Source: Eledone cirrhosa
Taxonomy: Eukaryota
Assembly (NCBI GenBank): GCA_964016885.1
Contig: OZ024746.1
Coordinates: 6,634,001-6,698,000 of the forward strand
Direction: 5' to 3'
Length of the DNA stretch: 64,000 nucleotides
In this document: piece after piece, positions 54,943 through 64,000 of the stretch
How positions within the stretch are numbered: position 1 is the stretch's first letter
Layout: each line of letters begins with the position of its first letter
Position numbers and translations under genes: made by a program
The notes under the pieces: model-generated
Seen by the model: only the letters and a program-made list of their open reading frames with translations
Databases searched by the model: none
What the model was told of the DNA's origin: nothing

Positions 54943-55050
54943 TAAAATCTCTTACTCGTTGTGTAATACGATATACTTCTGTTTTGGGAATTTTACATAT
55001 ATATGAATGGGCTGTGTATTCTTTTGTCAGGCTCCATCCTAGAGATGCTC
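54943..55050 (-). CDS. CNTN: Contactin exon: end of the C-type lectin domain + linker
   Basis: ttttcatttcag|GAGCAT...GATTTTA|gtaagt. Encodes ASLGWSLTKEYTAHSYICKIPKTEVYRITQRVRDF. 108 nt, phase 1 to 1, joining the next exon as RDFNFG. Not in the ORF track. Confidence 0.85.
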
Positions 55051-55449
55051 CTGAAATGAAAAGATTTAAAGTAAATTCATATTATCAATTTCAAAAGCCA
55101 AATAGGAAAATTCTTAATGCATCTTAGGGAAAATAAAAAGATGAAAATAAAATCCATTTCTTTAAAAATACAGTGTTCTTTTACAAAATCTAAACGAAAA
55201 CTAAGAATTTACTGGGATAAGCACTAGAGAAATATGTGACCAACAAAATAATTTCCCACGCGTATTGACTTCAGAATAAGTTTTAATTTGGAATCGAAAT
55301 AATTTTTCAAAGAAATTACCGCAGTACCACCACAGGAACTTGGCACAACATAATACACATTTTAATGTATTTATTGCTTGTTTTTCTTTACGATACATCT
55401 AGGAAAATTACTCAAGTATTAAAATAGATGAAACTACGTGAGAAAGAAT

Positions 55450-57695
55450 AACACACATTCACACATATAACACTCACACTCACACATATATATATATAAC
55501 ACACACACTCACACATATATATATAACACACACACTCACACATTTATATATATAACACACACACTCACACACACATATATAACACACACACTCACACACA
55601 CACATATATAACACACACTCACACACACACATATATAACACACACTAACACACACATATATATATATAACACTCACACACATATATAACACACACTCATA
55701 TACACACATATATAACACACACTAACACACACATATATATATAACACACTCACACACATATATAACACACACTCACATACACATATATTACACACACACA
55801 CACATATATATATATAACACACACACTCACACACACATATATAACACACACACTCAAACATACATATATAACACATACACTCACACATATATATATATAT
55901 ACATATAACACACACACTCACACACACATATATAACACACACTCAGACACACACATATATAACACACACACTCACACACACATATATAACACACACACTC
56001 ACACATATATAACACACTCACACACACACATATATAACACACTCACACACACATATATAACACACTCATACATATATAACACACTCACACTCACACATAT
56101 ATAACACACTCACACACACATATATAACACACTCACACACACATATATAACACTCACACACACATATATAACACACTTACACTCACACATATATAACACA
56201 CTCACACACACATCTATAACACACTCACACACATATATAACACACACTCACACACATATATAACACATACACTCACACACATATATAACACACACTCACA
56301 CACATATATAACACACACACTCACACACACATATATAACACACACTCACACACACATATATAACACACACTCATACACATATATAACACACACTCACACA
56401 CATATATAACACACACGCACACACATATATATATATATAACACACTCACACACACATATATAACACACACACTCACACACATCTATAACAGACTCACACA
56501 CATATATAACACACACTCACACACATATATAACACATACACTCACACACATATTTAACACACACGCACACACACATATATATATAACACTCACACACACA
56601 TATATAACACACACTCACACACACACATATATAACACACACTAACACACACATATATATATATAACACTCACACACATATATAACACACACTCACACACA
56701 TATATAACACACACTCACTCACATATATAACACACACTCACACACATATATAACACATACACTCACACACATATATAACACATACACTCACACACATATA
56801 TAACACACACTCACACACATATATATATAACACACTCACACACACATATATAACACACACGCACACACATATATATATATAACACTCACACACACATATA
56901 TAACACACACACACACACACACATATATAACACACACACTCATACACATATATAACACACACTCACACACATATATAACACACACTCACACACATATATA
57001 ACACACACGCACACACATATATATATAACACACTCATACACATATATAACACACACTCACACACATATATAACACACACACTCACACACATATATAACAC
57101 ACACTCACACACATATATAACACACACGCACACACATATATATAACACATACACTCACACACATATATAACACACACTCACACACATATATATAACACAT
57201 ACACTCACACACATATATAACACATACACTCACACACATATATAACACATACACTCACACACTCACACACACATCTATAACACACTCACACACATATATA
57301 ACACACACTCCCACACATATATATAACACATACACTCACACACATATATAACACACACTCACACACATATATAACACACACACACTCACACACACATATA
57401 TAACACACACTCACACACATATATAACAGACACGCACACACATATATATATAACACACTCACACACACATATATAACACACACTCACACACATATATAAC
57501 AGACACGCACACACATATATATATAACACACTCACACACACATATATAACACACTCACACACACATATATAACACACTCACACACACATATATAACACAT
57601 ACACTCACACATATATATAACACACTCACACACACATATATATAACACACACACTCACACACACATAGACACAGAAGCAGACACACACACATACA
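55450..57695. repeat. Compound CA/TA minisatellite (~22-26 bp, CACACATATATAACACACACT-like)
   Basis: Direct reading. Confidence 0.92.
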
Positions 57696-57797
57696 CTACT
57701 GAGACGTTCTCCGTTTCCAGCTCTCTCAGCTCAACTCCCGCCGAGGTCAACTTTCCTTTTTATCCTTTCCACGTTAATAACAAAAGTACCAGTTAAT

Positions 57798-57856
<59 letters not shown>

Positions 57857-59679
57857 CCTCTCTCTCTCTCACTCTCTCTCTCTTTCTCTTTCTCTCTCTC
57901 CCTCCCTCTCTCTCTCCCTCTCTCTCTCTCTCACTCTCTCTCTCTCTCTCATTTTCTATTCTTCTTTGGAAAAGATCTGCTGTGCTCGGGCCAGGAGAGG
58001 GATGCGTTCCACCAAGCTTAAAATGTCCCTAAAACGCCGTATGTCAATAAGGCGTCCTTGCGACTCCATCAGATGTTACGGGACTATACAATATACCACC
58101 ATATTGAAACTGTTGGTAATGGCGGATTTCTCCTAACTTGGCAGTGTTATTTGCGGGTACAGCTGCAGCCTAGCTGTATATAAACAAATTGAGTATTTGT
58201 GGGCTTTGTTGTGAGGGAAATGTAAGAGATGATATCGGCCAGTCACTTGGCTGTCTCAGATGTGTCATAAGTAAGGCACAATTGTCATCAAGAAATCCGA
58301 TGTAGGATTAATGGACGTCGTTAGTTTACTTTAATAGAACCGAAGTTCAGTATTTACGTTTACATCTATAAATCTGTGTTTAATATATTAGATATTTCTC
58401 AATAATATCTTATACCACTTTGATTACATCAAAGTTACTGTTTCTCCATTTAATTCTGAACTGAAAATCTACAGAATTATATAATTGCTCGTTACTTATT
58501 GAGGGAGATACACGTTTTTGGGAGTTTAGTCTGTGATATTAGAATAGATCTGAATAGCAACTTGCTCTCTCATCTGATTATCTCCAAGAGAATATGTTTA
58601 AAATTAACAAGTATATACACAGTGCCACAGAATCCCATGAGATACAATTTCTTGAATTTGTCAACCATACTGGTTATTTATTGACATATTGTAAATCCCA
58701 TTGCTAAACATCTTATCTCTTATTAATATCAAATGTACATAATTCATAGATAGTTATCAAGTATATCATAGGTGTATTATATCCTAGCTTCCCAACTTGC
58801 TGTAGCTCAGTACGAACTTTCATCAAATGATATTTTACAAATGCTTCTTACCCATGCTCTCAAAAAAAAGCAGCAGATTATTTAAACCAAACAGCAGTAG
58901 TTTATTATCTATACCATCCAGTTTTTTATTTGCATTAACTAAAGTCTTCTTTGTTAGAATTAAATGGAAATTTCTAAAAACAAAAGAAGGCAGGAATTTA
59001 TATGATAAAATTATTTTTATCTAATTAAAGATTTTATATCTTAATTTAAGATTGTGTTATACGCTAATCTATTGTAGGGTGTTTAATTCATTTAAGCGTT
59101 TATCGTTAGGCATAAGGGCTCGGCTCCCTTACAGTGTTATGAGGAATCAAGTTTTGCTGGTGGTTATATAGAAACTATAGGTGACGAATTAGCAGAGTCG
59201 TTAGAACGTCCGATAGGATACTTTGTGGTACTGGTTCCGGCTCTCTGAGATCAAATCCCACGATGGTCAGCTTTGCCTTTCTTCTTTTTGAAGTCTATAA
59301 AAATTAACAAAAAACCAATCTATACAAAACTTTAGCTCAAGCGGACAACTGCAAGGCGACCCTCATCGACCCTGGAATTTTGAAGTTTTCACCCGGAAAG
59401 TCATTTTTTCAGATAAAAATTTGTTATATCTGACATAATTTTCTCTTAAATTAAAAACTTGTTCAGACTTATTCTTGGTATTAGAAGGATAAGTGACAAT
59501 GAATATAATGGGGAAGATAACTTGCAAAGCTGGGGACAAGGCGCAGGTGTAGGGCAAACACCTATTTTTCGCTGGGGGAGCAGCAAAATTTTAACTTTTG
59601 AAAAATTACCTATTGCTAAGGGCCACCCTAATATACATATGTGGTTGACTGCTGAGAGAAATGAGTACTCGGTATTGAG

Positions 59680-59738
<59 letters not shown>

Positions 59739-60367
59739 TTTTGCGAGGTTTTTGAAATGAAATCGTGTGTCGAAACAAATATTGTTATACTTGGGGAGGG
59801 TCATATTGTTGTAATAATATTGCCAGAATTAATAACAGAACACACTCACTGTTTGGTTGGTTTTCGCTTCTGTATCTTATATATTAGTTCATTTATTCGG
59901 TCCTCAATGTTTACCATTGACTGACCAACGGTCAAAAATACAGATATAATATAGACACAAACACATATATATAGTCTAACAAAGTTCTTTCGTTGCACAT
60001 CTGCAACATCGTCAGTGGTGCTATTATGTTTCCTCCTGTTGTATTGTATGTCTACGCCTTCTTTATTTAATCTGTTTATTTATATATTTATTTATTTTTG
60101 TCTTCTTCTCTGTGCATGCGTTGGTGTGTGTGTGTGTGTGTATAGCCAAAGCTAAACAGAAAAAAATGAATGGAATAACAACAACAGCCAAACAAACAAT
60201 ACTGACCTAAGAGAAATATAAATAAATAAATAAATATATACACAAGCACAATAACAACAAACAAATATAAACACACACTAGTAAACTAAGATAGAATACA
60301 ATAACCAAAACACAGTCACCCAAACACGAACACACACCAAACACTATACACACACACAAACGCATAC

Positions 60368-61045
<678 letters not shown>

Positions 61046-61194
61046 TATGAGTATATATATATATATATACTCTCCTTATTATCCTTGCTTTCATATTTCT
61101 CCTTGCTCCCCTTTTCTCATTGTATTAGTATATAAACAAGTACATAGATACAAGGAGAAAAGGAGAGTAAGGAGAGAAATGAGAACAAGGATAA

Positions 61195-61410
61195 AGGGAG
61201 AGCAATGAGAGCAAGGATAAAGGGAGAGAACGGAGAGCAAGGGGAGCAATGAGAAAAGGAGAGCAAGGAGAGCAATGAGAAAAGAAGAGCAGGGAGAGCA
61301 AGAGGAGCAAGGAGAGCAAGGAGAGTAATGAGAAAAGGAGAGCAGGGAGAGCAAGGGGAGCAAGGAGAAAAGGAGAGCAAGGAGAGCAAGGAGAGCAAGG
61401 AGAGCAAGGC
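61195..61410. repeat. GGAGAGCAA-type 9-bp degenerate tandem repeat
   Basis: Direct reading. 61070-61125 is a short inverted counterpart. Confidence 0.8.
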
Positions 61411-61419
61411 GAGGTTAAG

Positions 61420-62272
61420 GCAAATATTGCTCAAGTTATGCAGGAAGCAGACAAAGGCGAAAAAATGAAAAACGAAAAAAAATCATCTGAAAAATCATTC
61501 TGCACCAAAATGACTTTTCTTCCTTTACAAATATCGAGTTTTCGTCTTTTGTAACTCCTGGTACAAAAACTTCACGAGATTTTCTATCAGCACCGATTTT
61601 TTCGACAAAGACCCTTCAACATGGAAGGATGATCCTGGTTACAAAAGTGGACTTGTAAAACTTGAGAAAGCAAGTGTTGCAGAAAGAGGTGTCAAACTCA
61701 TTCAGGATTACAATAACATTCTCACAAAAGATGAAACTGAGAAACAATTTGTTTTACAGATCGTTACCGAAAACCGTAAAACATACCCAACTGCCACTAA
61801 ATTCTCTCTTATGCAAAAGTAATGTTCAATATTCAATATTCATTGTTCACATTATGTTTTTGATTCTATAGAAATTATTGTTGTAAATAAAAATGCATTG
61901 CTCTTATAGAAGTTGTGTGCTTTATTAAGAAAACCTAATATTTCTTAAGTTTTTCATGTTATTTCAGGAATTTTTCAAATTAACTATTGGTCAATTTGAT
62001 TCAGAACGTTTTTAAACATTTGCTGGCGTTGCTTGGATGTGTCCACATAAATTTCTTTAAGAAGAAAAAAGAAAATGGTCGAGATAGGGAACAGTATACC
62101 GCTTTTGAACAGAATTAATCGTTGCGTATACTATGTTCCAACTTCAAGGTGTCTTTTGAGGGTCGCCTGACAGTTGTCCGTTTGAGGATGAAACTTTGCA
62201 CACCCCGTGTTTTTGTTGATTGAAACAGGATTAGGGAGTGGAAGCAGCAGAATTTTAACTTTCGCTAAGGGC
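61420..62272 (+). mobile_element. DNA transposon remnant (transposase C-terminus + right end), left end probably ~59330-59625
   Basis: FFDKDPSTWKDDPGY...VAERGVKLIQDYNNILTKDE...KQFVLQIVTENRKTYP. 59341-59364 is inverted relative to 62158-62180. Superfamily not determined. Confidence 0.65.
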
Positions 62273-62566
62273 TAAATATATGTGGAAAACTAGAAACCTG
62301 AGGAGTGCAGACGAGTTGGGAAACCAGCCATAACGCTGAAGGATGTTCTTGAAGATGATACCGGGCTAGAGGCAGGGGGAATTCATACGACAGGGTGGGC
62401 TAGAGGAGGAACTTCGTTATAGCACCAGTAACGTATGTATAGAAGAATAAGAATGTATGAGAACCGTAACACATTAGATCACCGGAGGAGAATTTCTTGA
62501 ATATTTCGACGCCATATTGTGTATTAATACTATCTAGGCCCATAAGAGCTGTTTCTCTCTCTCTCT

Positions 62567-62656
<90 letters not shown>

Positions 62657-63003
62657 CTCTCTCTTTCTCTCTCTAATATGCCAGTATTGGAATTTAAACA
62701 CAAGACTTGCCAGAAGTAAACTCTTTAATCATATAATCCTACAATTAGATTCATAGTTTGACATGGCAAATGATTAACAACATATTTTCCTGTAATGCTT
62801 GCCACGACACCGACGATAAAATTAGAGCCCAGTAATTAAATACCTACCTCAACCCGACTTCATCTTTCTAATTATTGAAACCAGCTATATATAATTAATG
62901 AATGAGGAATTGCCAAAATTATAAAGTTAGTTGTTTTACGACTTTCCTGAAACTCTGGTTGTCACCCGAAGATTGACTACATTGATATATCTTTAATTGA
63001 AAT

Positions 63004-63174
<171 letters not shown>

Positions 63175-63619
63175 TGCCAAGTATATATTAAGGAGAAAAA
63201 TGGACGAAGGCAGTAAAATGAACGAATTTATCTAATATATATTTGTGAAATGGGCAGTGGTTGAAATGCAAATGTGCACGGTTAAAACGTGGTCGGACTC
63301 ACATGAAAATTTACACACCTATGTAAAAAGTGGCAAGGAAGCAAATAGTCGAGGTTTCAAATCTCTAACTTGAAAAATGTGGTCCCTGGGGACCTAAAAC
63401 TATCGCGTTCGGTGAGTTATTTCCCCCTGTTCTAATACTTTTGTCTTATTTACAATTTCATCATCCTTCTACATTTAACGATCATACAGTACCGTTTTAT
63501 GAAATCGATTCTGCAGTACGGTCACTGTTTTCCATCAAAAGAAATAAAACCCTCGGCGATACTTGGTTTTAGTGTCCTAAATTATCATCATCGACATTCA
63601 ATTATTAGCTCCACCCACT

Positions 63620-63935
63620 ACACGATACGTCACGAAGGTAAATGTTTCGAAAAAATTTTAAACTGTATATCGCACCAATATATTGTTTAAAGAAATTTTT
63701 TTTCTGTTGTTAAAAACTGTAAATCTGTTTAAAAAAAAAAAGCAATTTTTTTTCTGTTAACTGGAAATAAATATTCATGTAAAAATGAAGCATAGTGTTT
63801 CGGTTAAATACATTTTTTTAAAACAGATTTACAGTTTTAAACAACAGAAAAAAAATGTCTTTAAACAATATATTGTTGCGATATATAGTTTAACATTTTT
63901 TCGAAACATTTACCTTCGTGACGTATCGTGGGTTA
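63620..63935. repeat. Inverted repeat (~115-bp arms)
   Basis: 63620-63735 versus 63821-63930. Confidence 0.8.
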
Positions 63936-64000
63936 AAAAAATTGTATTTCGCAGCAATTTTTTTCTGTTAAAAACTGTAAATAAACATTCATGTAAAAAT

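Noticed and set aside
57990-58470. Further upstream contactin (lectin-domain) exons
   Set aside because: Candidate AG/GT pairs gave no lectin-like peptide in a compatible phase. Additional small exons may have been missed.

Overview
AT-rich, microsatellite-dense animal genomic DNA. The repeat content suggests an octopus or related cephalopod (inference). The only host gene I can support is a minus-strand invertebrate-type contactin, seen as three phase-compatible exons (55050-54943, 44318-44146, 12918-12759) encoding the end of a C-type lectin domain and the first Ig domain. Its introns are about 10.6 kb and 31.2 kb. The rest is intronic repeats: an apparently intact LINE ORF1 running off the left edge, several Penelope-like element (PLE) families, RTE and CRE-like LINE fragments, tRNA-derived SINEs, a decayed mariner, a non-autonomous Helitron, MITEs and a 4.2-kb 16/17-bp minisatellite. 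The most striking unannotated signal is about 28 minimal type I hammerhead ribozyme (HHR) motifs, intact and decayed, from many sequence-unrelated families, most with a palindromic stem III. Two non-coding units (470 bp and 660 bp) each carry one HHR per monomer and form tandem plus fold-back arrays inside (TA)n tracts, resembling retrozymes or non-autonomous PLEs. All structures were read by eye, and repeat boundaries are approximate.
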